Below are positions 12,780-23,975 of a stretch of DNA of 64,000 bases, one piece after another. Position 1 is the first letter of the stretch. The number at the start of each line of letters is the position of its first letter. Source of the DNA: the human T2T-CHM13v2.0 reference genome, Homo sapiens; the NCBI RefSeq assembly GCF_009914755.1, contig NC_060927.1, one strand, 5' to 3'. The notes under the pieces were generated by a model. It was not told the origin of the DNA and made no database searches. It worked only from the letters and a program-made list of their open reading frames with translations. Position numbers and translations under genes: made by a program.

Positions 12780-13130
12780 AGAGGTTGTGAACTCAGTTCC
12801 CTACAGGGGCCAGACCATTAGCATAAAAGATCATAATGACCCATGTATAGATGATGAGTGGCAGCAATCAGGGACAGTAGGGGTGGTGGGGACTGTGGCA
12901 AACTGGAGGGTGGTGTCCCAGCAGCCACTCAGCCCCAGCTGATTGATGCCATGTAGGAATGTGGGCTCCATGTTGCCAGACCTTCCTGCTTCAAGAACAG
13001 CGGCAAATATGCACTTTCTTTGTGAAGTGGCCCAGTTTTTAAATGTTGAAGCTAATTAAAAGACATTGTGTTGGTCAGAGTCCATTCACAAGATGAGTTT
13101 GTCCTGTGTGCCCCTAGTTTGCAGCTTCTG
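12780..13130. mobile_element. hAT-Charlie DNA transposon remnant (MER102-like)
   Basis: ggcaaactggag...gtaggaatgtgggctccatgttgccaga...tttttaaatgttgaagctaatt...tagtttgcagcttctg. Confidence 0.5.
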
Positions 13131-13540
13131 ATTCTGGTTCAAACTCCTCGGTTTACAGATTAGGAAACAGATCCAGAGAAGTTAAGCTTCTGGTCCAAGG
13201 TTACAGGGAGTCAGTGAAGGAGTCAGAATCACTACCTGTGGCCTCTAACTCCTGTCTGCTGCTATTCCACTTCTTGGTGCTGGTTTGGGACCAGACATTG
13301 TCTGCGCTGGGTCAGGCTGGCCAGAGGAGAGTAGACCTGGGTGGACATGGTTGTGTGATGTCTCATGTCGCATTATTATCCCTCTGCTTTTGTGAGTTGC
13401 TGAGCTCAGATGCCCCAGATGGGTGGGAAGGCTCAGGGAAGTCAGGAAGCTTTTGCAGGTAGCAGCAATGCTTAGGGAGAGGAAAAGAGTGGAGAGGATT
13501 TAGGCTGCCCCCTGGTTTGGGGCTCCTGAGGACTTAAGGC

Positions 13541-13647
13541 CATTCATTCCTACTCTTCATTCCTACTCTTTCCCATGCCATGCACATATGCAGGGCCACT
13601 CATTCATTCCTACTCTTTCCCATGGCATGCACATATGCAGGGCCACT
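13541..13647 (+). repeat. Local tandem duplication: 45 bp x2, period 47, plus a partial copy
   Basis: 13556-13600 and 13603-13647 differ by one base. Confidence 0.9.
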
Positions 13648-15657
13648 TCCAAATCCGCATCCTTCCAGTCATTCAGGTGCATAGCTTGGGATCATCCTTA
13701 ATTGTCCCCGCTCTTCCTCTGGAACTTCTCAGCTCTGAATCCCCTTGCCAGTTCTACCGCCACTCTCCAGTTCAGAAGTTTAATGATACAACATTGGTAC
13801 TATTGCAATAGGCTTCAAACCTGACTCCCAATCTATTCTCCCCATTACCGTCTGATACGTCTTCCCAAGCACAGTCTTTGAACCTTGGCATGCTCCTGCT
13901 CAAAGTAGCTCCCATTGGATAAAGTAGCAACTCCTTAACTTGGCATCCCAGGCTCCAGAGCACCACAGCATTGCTGCCATGGTCATAAGGCTGGCCTGGG
14001 TGTGCATCCCAGCTCTGCCACTTATCAACTGTGACATCATGGGCAATTTTCTTGACTTCTGTGGACCCGTTTGCTTCTTTGTGATAGGGGGTTTTACATA
14101 GAATTGTTTCAACGAATAAATGAGATCATGAATGTAAAGCAGTTAGCCTGGCATATACCGACTACTCAAAGGTATTATTCAAGGACCTCTACGCTCTGGC
14201 CCCGGTATTACCTGTCCCATAGGCTTAGCTCCAGTGACTTGAACTACTTGGTGATCTCTGTGCCTTTGCTCCTGTTTTTCCATCCTCTAATATTCATCTT
14301 TTTGTGGTGCTCCTTTATATATTTTGTGCTGTAGGTATTTGTGTACTTGTCTTGACTTCCTTACTCAACTGTATGTTGTTTGAGGGCAGGACCTGGGTCT
14401 GACTCATTCTGTACTATACTAGCATAAGAGACACAAAGTGTTTGTGGAATGGATATTTACCTCAGTGAAACAGCTGCCTAGACTTGGGTTCCATATGAAT
14501 TAGTTAATTGATAATGTATTTATAATAGCCTCATGGATATTTATTGGGTCCTACTGTGTTTAGGGGCTCAGTGGTAAATGCATCAGGTACAGTCTAGGCC
14601 CTGTCGTGTAATGGGGAAACAGGCTGGTAGAGTGGCCATAATGCATGTGGTAAGGATGGTGACAGGGCAGGTACAGGGCTGTGGCTGGGGAGGTACAGGG
14701 CTGTGACGGGAGACACTGAGGAGGATATGGGAGCACATAGCAGAGACAACAAACATAGTCCTAACATCTCGAGGGCTTGCTGGAAGAAGAGGTCTTCCAC
14801 CTGAGACTAGAAAGATGAGTAGAACCTTGACTCAGGTACATAGTAAAATTGCTTTAAGTCTCAGTTTAAAAAATCTTGTTTTATTTGCATTTACTCGCAA
14901 GCACTTACAGAAATACTTCCTTAGTACTAGGTTTTCTGAAGTGATCTCTCACTCTCAACCAAGGCAGTTGTTAACATTTGAAGGTTTCTAGGGACTGGGA
15001 CAAGGGTTGTTGATTGTATTCAACTTTTACCAAGCCAACAGCTGTGGCTGGAGACAGAAAGTTTTCTCTTTTAAGAGCTGGGTGGAAGATTATTCTCTTC
15101 TATCTGGGAAAAGATAATCATATACTTTCATGCTGTCAGGGTGGGGCCTATTCTGTTTTTGTTTGTTGCTTGCTTGTTTTGTGGCTTCAGCTGTGTGGAT
15201 ACAGAGCAGGAAGGCTAGAAGCAGGAAGAGGCTGGGGTGTTTTTCTGACCCTACAGATAGTTCTTCTTGGGTCGGGAAGAGAGACTGTAGTAGCAAACAT
15301 GATCTGCAGCTGCAGAGGAAGCAGAGGGGATTTTTGCATCAAGGACAGACGTGGGGATGAGGAACTGTATACAAGTCAGGAAACTTGATACCAGAGAGAG
15401 GAGGCCACAGAAGATAAGGGGTCTCCGTAGACCCTGTACAAAAGAAATGTACAAGAGGAAGACAAATGGATTAAGAATCATTGTGATGGATAATCAGAAA
15501 GATTATGAATGATACTTACATGTTTCCTTAAAAGGGATTACTTTTTTGGCTTAATGCTTGTACTCTGTTCTCTTATTTTATTATTTTATTTTTAAAGGTA
15601 TTAAACTGTGCTGCTTTTTAACCACACCTAACATTTAGGACCCAGAGCCCAAGACAT

Positions 15658-15677
15658 CTACTGCCACCTGGTGGTAG
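15658..15677 (-). promoter_or_regulatory. CTCF motif
   Basis: Minus strand reads CTACCACCAGGTGGCAGTAG, a close match to the CTCF core CCACCAG(G/A)(G/T)GGC(A/G). Confidence 0.6.
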
Positions 15678-15749
15678 AGTATACCACCTGTGGGATTTGG
15701 AATTGATGAGACTACATTGATTGAAAATTGATTCTGCAGTCAAAATATG

Positions 15750-17500
15750 GAATCATAGAACATAGAGTTGTTGGAGATATTAAAGATTACATAGTTTTTC
15801 TTCTAATAAAACCCAACGTCTTTTTATATAAGTATTTTAGTTGAATGCCTCCAATGACAGAGAGCTCATGATCTGGCCTGACAGGCTATTTTGTCTTTCA
15901 TTCTTGTTAGTTAGAATGTTTTTTCTTTTTATTTATTTTTAAATAGAAAAGTCACTTGTATTTATTTGTCTTCATGTTTACCTCTGGAAAAAACTCACAA
16001 GTTTAGTGATTCATCTATATAATAAGCTTTCAAATATTTGCAGGAACGTGTTTGTTTCCCCATAATCTTTTTGTCTTCAGGTTAAACAGTCATAGTTCCA
16101 TATTTATTATTCTGATGTCATGCTTCTCAGAATCCCCATAGCATTTCTTTCCTCTAGTTGCATTCTATGTTGCCAGTGTTCCTGCTGCCAGAATTGGATC
16201 CAACCCATTGTTCCAGACAAGATCAGGTTAGTGAACTCTAGTACTTGCAGGCTGTCTGAACACGAAACTTCTAACACCTTCTGTATAGTATGAGTTAGCT
16301 TTCTGTAGCCTTTCCACAATGCTGACTCCTCTTAGGTTTGTGGTAACTGAAAGCCCAAGAATTTGTATCCTTTCCCACACTGTAAAACTTTTTTTTAAAA
16401 AGCTAAAAGCAAGGCTGTACTTTAGAAAGAAAGCTTAATGACACAAGTTTAACACAAATACATTCTAAATTTCAGAGGTTACTCGTAAAGCCAAAGCCTT
16501 TTTGAACTCCATACCAACTCAGTTTCTCTTTGGAGGTAGATCCTGGTATTAGTTATTAGGGGTCCTTCCAGATCTTTCTGTGCATTTACATAGATAGATA
16601 GATAGATATCATCAGAAATGTGTAAATTGTGTATGTGTGTTTGAGGTTAACATATCATTTTGCAAGTTTTCTGCATGCAGCATGTCCTGGAAATCTTCTG
16701 CATAGTGTATTTCACAGTGTGGATATTCCATAGTTTTCTTAGCAATTCTTCGATTATTTCTGGTGTTTAAAATCATCATAAACAGCGTCTCCTTGTACAC
16801 ATGTACAAGTGCTTCTCTAGGGTAGATACAAAAGACTGGGTGAGTGATACATATATGTTTATTTTAAAATGTAGATCTCAGACATGAAATTTGCCCTTGT
16901 TAATTTTGACCTAGTGTTCGAATCTGCCCAGATAATTTTATGTCTTGATTTTGATCATCTATTATAATATTAAGCCCACTATACCAGTTTTGCCCATAGT
17001 ATAAGCATATCTTTGATCTCCTGATCTAAGGAAACGATTGTTTTAAAAGTCAAACACAACAATTAAGGGAGGAGCTCTGTGGCCATTACCAGAGACCTGC
17101 ATTCCACCTAAAGCTCACTGTATGCTCCTAACAAACACTTTGGTCCATGCAGTTTATCTACAGCAATTCTACCCAACTATACGCTCATCCCATTCATTTT
17201 TTACCATCTCATATACAAGAGTTTCATGGAGGACATTTGTAAAAGGCTTAGCAGAAATCCAGACTCACCTTCTATGACATTCTCCTGTCTACTGTAGCGG
17301 GACTGTCATGGAGGGAAATGAGAACGGCACACGTTGCTCCCGGGCATCTGTTATTTAAAATAGATCCTGGTAACACTTTAATGAGCAATGTGTTTATGTA
17401 CCTCCATGCAAGAGTGTATTCAGTCTCAAAGATATCAAGAAAAAATAAGCTGTCCACTCCCAGTTGCCTGTCTTACCTGTATGTTCTCAGTCTAGTTGGT
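15750..17500. mobile_element. Degraded CR1/L3 fragments interrupted by an old L1 fragment (~16400-16860)
   Basis: gaatgcctccaatgacagagagctc and ttgtcttcaggttaaaca are CR1-like; 16400-16860 resembles a reverse L1ME 3' UTR. Confidence 0.4.
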
Positions 17501-17622
17501 CTCCCAGGGAAACTGTCTGATGGCTGAGACATAGCTGCTTTAGTGAAAAGCTCATGGGTTATATTTCTAATGTTATTCAGGCTAATTTGTCCCACCCTAT
17601 CAAAACATAAAAGAGGTAAAGG

Positions 17623-17940
17623 GGCCGGGCACAGTGGCTCACGCCTGTAATCCCAGCTCTTTGGGAGGCTGAAACAGGCAGATCGCTTGAACCTAGGAGT
17701 TCAAGACCAGGCTGGGCAACATAGGGAGATGTTGTTTCTACTAAAAATACAAAAATTAGCTGGATGTGGTGGCACACACCTGTAGTCCAGCTACTCAGGA
17801 GGCCGAGGTGGGAGGATCCCTTGAGCCTGAAAGTGAGCCAAGATCAAGCCACTGCACTCCAGCCTGGGTGACAGAATGAGGCCCTGTCTCAGAAAAAACA
17901 AGCAAACAAAAAACAACTTCAAAAACAAACAAACAAAAAA
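17623..17940 (+). mobile_element. AluJ-like SINE with a small right-arm deletion and (CAAA)-rich tail
   Basis: ggccgggcacagtggctcacgcctgtaatcc...; gaggatcccttgagcct and ccctgtctc are J-type features. Confidence 0.9.
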
Positions 17941-18386
17941 CAGCGGTATACTCACACAGACATCCACAGGCTTAGTGCATGTATGTGTGCATTGACATGT
18001 AGTCATCCTCACAAAGTTGTCTCTGTAAACATGGTTAAAGGACTTTCCCTGAGTCACAGCCTTACTGGCTTACTTTGCATCATCATAAAAAGAATAGAAA
18101 TGATAAGCAGGTTAATTTCTAACTTACTTTTATCTAGCTTAGAAATTTGTTATAAGACATGCCACAGATGACCCTCAAAATGGTAGTGAAGATGAGACTG
18201 TGGTCCAGGGGTTCTGGGTAGGTGGTGGAGCATGGAGGCAGTGTAGCTGTCCCTGGATGCCCAGCTGCAATTGCATCAGGCTGCATGGCTTCCCGGGCTG
18301 GGGTTTGGCAGCACCATTGCCCTTCTGTAGGTAGCCAGGCTTAGATTCTTCATTGAGGAAAAGTTCTTGTGTTTCCTCATTTTTAG

Positions 18387-18466
18387 GGCAACTAGTATGG
18401 AAAACATAACCTCAAGTATCTTTGATGTAATCTCCAAGGGAAAAGTTGCTCCAACTTTTTCTTACT
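18387..18466 (+). other. Candidate 80-nt exon with a strong-Kozak ATG (18397) open to a phase-1 donor
   Basis: ttcttgtgtttcctcattttAG acceptor and ACT|GTAAGT donor. AGTATGG starts MENITSSIFDVISKGKVAPTFSY + 1 nt. Confidence 0.35.
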
Positions 18467-19659
18467 GTAAGTAGAAATTCTGTTTCCTATTTTTTCCTTC
18501 AATGGGCCTGAGCTATGGAAGGCTCTGGCAAAGCTACAACCAAGTAATTCTTCTCCAGAATCCCACAGCTGGCTTTATTTGGGGGGTGAGGTGGTGGTGG
18601 TGCCAGTTCTGCTTCAGAAAATTAGAAGAAACAACAAATACTCCTCTAACAAACCTAAAAAACATAGTGAGGAATGCAGAAGGGAAGTGATACCAAATGA
18701 GTGAATTGTGCCCCTTTTGCAATCTGCAGTGTCCCTTTACTCTGGGCACTATGTTAGGTGCTCGGTGCTTATGGAAGGCAGCAGTGGGGTGGGATATAAA
18801 CTATATGATCATGACAAACAATGACTTCGGTTCAGAGGAGTTTACAGTGTGGTAAAAATAGTATGCAGACAACATGAACGCAATGAACTAACCAGTGTTT
18901 CTCTTGAAAGAGTTAGACTGATGCTTGGGTAAATAAACCACCCTTATAAAGAAGAGTCCACCTTTTATTTTTCATCAGTGCAAAGCTACATTAATTCTTC
19001 ACATGCAGGCATGATAAACAGAATCAAAGCTTCTGCTGCTTGTTTCCAGTTAAACAGACCTATCCTAGGTAAACCTGTATTCCTCTCTGAGAGCACCCCT
19101 TCCTTCTGGTACTTGGTTGACCTCCTGCCTTGGGCAGGGTTACACCCACCTCCACTTTTTTCTTGAGTTACTGCTAGAAGGGAGAAACTCTGTGAGCTCT
19201 TGGAGAGCAGCCTTGGTGTTCTGTTCCTTCATGTATTTCCAGGTATAGTCTAGGGTGTGACATCTTGTAGGCACTTAGTAAATGCTTGTTGAGTGAATGA
19301 AAGCTGCCCTTCATCTATTCCCCTTTCATTTATTCAGCACATATTTATTGAGTGACTTCTGTGTGCCAGGCGCTAGGGATACACCAATGAACAGGACCTG
19401 GGTGGGAAGACAGATGATAATATGGGGACATTAATATGGTGTTGAAAAAGTACAAGATGTGGTGGGTGCAGATGCAGGGATGGCTGGTCCAGCTGAGTTG
19501 GCCAGGAAGGCTTCCTGGAGACCTGAAGAATTAACACAGATAGCTAGATGAAGGCAGGATGGGAAACAGTGTTCCAAGCCTAGGAAGAGCATATGCAGGG
19601 ATCCAAAGGGAAGAGATAGCTTAGCATGGAAACGTGAAGGCTGACAACATAATGATAAT

Positions 19660-19830
19660 CATAAACACATATATAATGCTTTCTGTGTGCCAGATATTAT
19701 TCTAAGCCCCTTACATTTATGAAGTTATTTAAATACTATTATCATCCCCATTTTACAGAAAACGGAGGCACAAAGAAGTTTAGTAATTTGCCCGATCTTA
19801 CACAACTGTTAGAATTGGCATTTGAAGGGA
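19660..19830 (-). mobile_element. MIR SINE, next to L2 fragments at ~19200-19620
   Basis: tattatcatccccattttacagaaaacggaggcacaaag. Confidence 0.65.
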
Positions 19831-21849
19831 GTTGGCTGCGGAGCCTTAGTGGTGACAAAACAATTACTATGCCTGTGTGTGTAGCACTGATTCCCAGTGA
19901 GAATCCTGGCATGCTGTTAGACGTGCATGGGCCTTGTGGTAACAATCAACTTGGAAATTGTCTTGTTAAGACTGACAGAACTTCTGGCATATCCTAATTG
20001 TTGACTCTGTCTTTGTCAGGCAGACGATGAGATTCCTTGCCTCAGTGGATGGTTTTGTTATGTCTCATCCTATGTGAACAGGCTGCAGGGAGGTTGTCCC
20101 TGACCTCCTAGCGAGAAGGGACTTGGGACTCAAACAACAGTTTAACTGTGGATGACCAAATCACATTTTCCACAGTAGATTCCCATCCCTAAATGGGGAG
20201 AAGGAGAAAGGAAAATGGTTTAAAGATCAATACCCAGAAATGGCCGACCTCTGCTGGTGCTCCGCCACTGTGTGTGGTTGTTGGAGCTACAGGCTGTGAG
20301 GAAGAATAGTTTGGTTGATTGCCAACTTGGCCCCGAGGGAGTAGGCCTGAAAGGGGGTTAAGGCATTGGTTCTGCTTTCTTTCCTTCCAGTTTGTAAATG
20401 GTAATCCAACCCCACGTCTTTAGTGCACAGGTGTTGTGCAGCCCCTCCCTGTGACAGGTCATGGTGGCTGGGCCTTGGCCTCTGCCTTCCAAATTCCCAA
20501 CTTTGCCCCAAGCTTCAGTATGACCACTTCCTCTGAATCCCTGTTGCTGCTACAGTCAGATCCAGCACGGAGGGGTATCCTCAGCAGCCTCCTCACTGCC
20601 TGTTGCCACTTGCTCAGGAAAAGCACATGAGCTGCACATCAGTGTTTGGAAAAATTAATGCTTTCAAGATGAGCTCCATACAGTTTTAGCACATCTGTCT
20701 CTTTCACCAGCTGAAAGAAGGAAGCATGTTTAGACAATTACTCCCCAAGGGAGCCCAAGTACTAGCTTTGTTTATTGAGTGTTTTTAGTTACAACACGTG
20801 AAGTTCTGGGATTTTTTTGGCTTTGGCTTCTTTTTTCTGTTTTTGGTTATGGGAATATGAGTGGATTGCCAATTAACAGGGCACTTGGAGGTTTCAAAAT
20901 TGTGAAAGGCATGTTTCTTACATGGGCACAATTGCTGAGTCTTTGGGATAAGGAACTCCATTAGACATGACAGATGGAATCCAGGCTCAGGGCTTACCTC
21001 AGACCAGCAGTGCAACCAGATGTTCAGAGTCTTCCATATGCAGCTGTTTGGAGCCACAGCTCCACCTGTGAGGGCCCCCTTCCCCTCCCTCAGACACCCC
21101 ACATCTTCACAGTCTTCTGATAGACGTACCATGTAACGACACAGTCACAGTCAGCTTTCACCTTACTTTACCCTGTGCCACCTCCCACCACCTTCAGCTT
21201 CCCCCACCTGATGCATAAAACTCTTAAGTAGAGATGGCAGGTTTTAAAGCTTGAGGTTTGGGGAGTCAGAGCCCATTGTACAAGGGCAGGGATGGCTGAC
21301 TTGAAAGCTAGTGTATCACAGTTCTTCCTGCCTTGTCCTTGGCAGACATCACTAATTGATGGCACCATTCTTTCCCCATCCATCCTGTAAGTAGCCGCAT
21401 AATCTTCAACACAAAGCTCTGGACAGTCACTGCCCCTTGGTTAGAGCTGGAACTTGAGATGAAACATAGTTTCCATTGCTGACCAAAGTCCCATAAGGTG
21501 TCTAAGTGGCTGACAAATGAATGATCTGAGAGGAGTTGAGTTTCTTCCTGAATGCTTGTTATGGAGAACCCATCCTGACTCTTGTGGTAAATAAGGGATG
21601 TGGAACAAAGTGGGGAATGAATAGCATTTTCTCATGATATAGTGATAGAACTCCATCTGCCAGCCACTTGAACAGGTGGATAAGTCGGGTGAATTTTTTA
21701 CTGTGACCTGTGGGTTCTCTGAAGACCATTTCACATTCTAGACCTTATGAGTAGGGGGTAGAGAAGGAAATTGCTGCCATGGTCCTGAGGGAGCACCTCC
21801 TTTTTCAGAAAAGATTTGAGCCACTACTTTAGTAGCAGCTTCAATATTT

Positions 21850-22442
21850 AAATGCTTTGAAAATTACCAGAGTAACAAGTGCTTATAGTAAAAAAATTAT
21901 AACAACATAAAATTTTACAAAACACAATTCTCTACCTTTCTTCATTCTTCAGGGATAACTACTGTTAATAGTTTGGTATATGTATATCCTACTAGAACTC
22001 TTCTAGGCATAGTGAAATACATATTGATAGTGTGTATGTATATATTTATATGTCTATTTTCACAAAAAGTGGGATAATACAAATTGTTTCCAATTATTTC
22101 GCAAATCATATCCTTTCATTCAATAATAGATCATGGAACCCTTTCATGTTACTACATATAAAACTGCTTGCTCTTGTTAATGGTTTCTAAGTATAATGTA
22201 GGCTGTGTCATAGTTTATCTTATTAGTTCCTTATTGTGGGACATTTAGGTTTTTTCTTTCCTTTTTTTTTCTGTTATAGAATACACTGCAATGTGTGTAT
22301 AAGTACAGATATTTCAGTAGGTGAGAATCTTAGAAGAATTGCTAGGTTGAAGGCTACATGCTTTAGAAATGTTGATTGTACTGCCAAATTGACTTATAAG
22401 AATATTATATCAATTTAGTCTCCTACTAGGTTGGTTGTTTTG

Positions 22443-22495
<53 letters not shown>

Positions 22496-23165
22496 TGCTG
22501 GGGGAAATCTTGTAGGTAAAATGTGGCATGCTGTTATTGCTTACTTAACATTTCCCTGATCATTAGTAATGGTCAGCATCTTTTTACTTTTTATCAGTCA
22601 TTTATATTTCCTTATCTGTGGGTTGCCTGTTCATAATCTTTACTTATTTTTATACCATGTTGTTAACTTTTTCTTAATGGTTTCTAGGAACTTTTTGTAA
22701 ATTAGAGATATTAACCCTTTGTATAATTTATTGTTGCAAACATGGCAAATATTTACTTCCTGCATTATCTTTTAACATTCATGTTTTTGCAACTTTATCT
22801 ACTATTTTATTCTCTGAGGACTTAAAATATATGAAAATATAATGTACTCACAGTGTTCAAAAATTAGTACAAAATAAATAGGTCTTTATATGACCCCTAT
22901 ACCTGTCTACCAAGCCACTTTTCCCATAGGTAACCATCAGTATTAGTTTCTCGGGAACCCTCCCAGTATCTCTTTTTGTAAATATAAGCAAATCAGAATT
23001 CATACCTAAGTTATCCCTTTCTGATCAACAGCAGGTGAATACTAACTATCCTGCTCTATGCCTTGCGTTTTTAACCCAACAGTATGTCTTGAAGATCTTT
23101 TCATATCAATTCACAGAAAGCCTCATCATTCTTTATTCATAGCTGCATAGTGTTTCTTTGTGAAA
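21850..23165 (-). mobile_element. Old L1 (L1ME-like) 3' UTR fragments
   Basis: AT-rich; actactgttaatagtttggtatat, ttccctgatcattagtaatggtcagcatctttt and ggttgcctgttcata are reverse L1M motifs. Confidence 0.6.
22445..22492 (+). repeat. (TG)n microsatellite, ~24 units
   Basis: Read directly. Confidence 0.95.
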
Positions 23166-23689
23166 GTATACTGTCATTCAGTGGGCATCAGATTTTTTTT
23201 GCTTCTGTATGCTCTAAAAGAATATTGAAACCTTTATGCCCCTTCATGCATTTTAGTGGATACCTAAACATTTTTTTACCATGAGTCTAAATGGTTGCAA
23301 ATAATAAATTTTCTAGCATGTTGCATATTATAATAGGCTTTAAACGTATTTTCTTCAAAATCTTGGAGCTACAGATTTATATGAATTGGGAAAGGCAAAT
23401 CTGATTGTCAAAGCAAGTAGCCAAATTAGACATACTTACTTCCTGTCAGAGAAAGTCTAATTTCTTTTTATAATTCAAGCAAGCATGTTAATTAGGCACC
23501 CTCTGTGACAACCCCATCTTCAGAATTCTAAGAGTAGAGAGGAAGCTATTAATAAATAGATGTGGTTCTGAGACTAACCATGCTTTTTGTCTTCTAGATG
23601 AAAGAAGGCACAATCATTTTCAACATCTCCTTGGCGATCTCATCGAATCATGGGGCTTTACCTTGCTCTGCATGCACCAATGACTCTGT

Positions 23690-23975
23690 TTTGTTACCTG
23701 TTACACTGTAACAAACCACCCTAAATCTTAGTGACTTAGAACATCAATTTATCATTCTCATAATTGTGGGGCTTACCAGGCAGTTCTTCTGCTCCATGTG
23801 GTGTCTTTTGGGGTGCTGGGATAGCTGGCAGCTCCAGGGTAGGCTTCCTCTGGTGGCTGGGAGGGGGCTGGGACTAGCTGGGGGTCTCAACCAGCATCTG
23901 TAGTTCTCTTCCACATGGCCTTTCCATGTAGCTTAGCCTTCTCACAACAAAGCAGCTAGATGCCAAGAACAGTTG
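23690..23975. mobile_element. MLT1 (MaLR) LTR fragment
   Basis: ctgtaacaaaccaccctaaatcttagtgacttag...ttctcttccacatggcctttccatgtagc. Confidence 0.65.
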
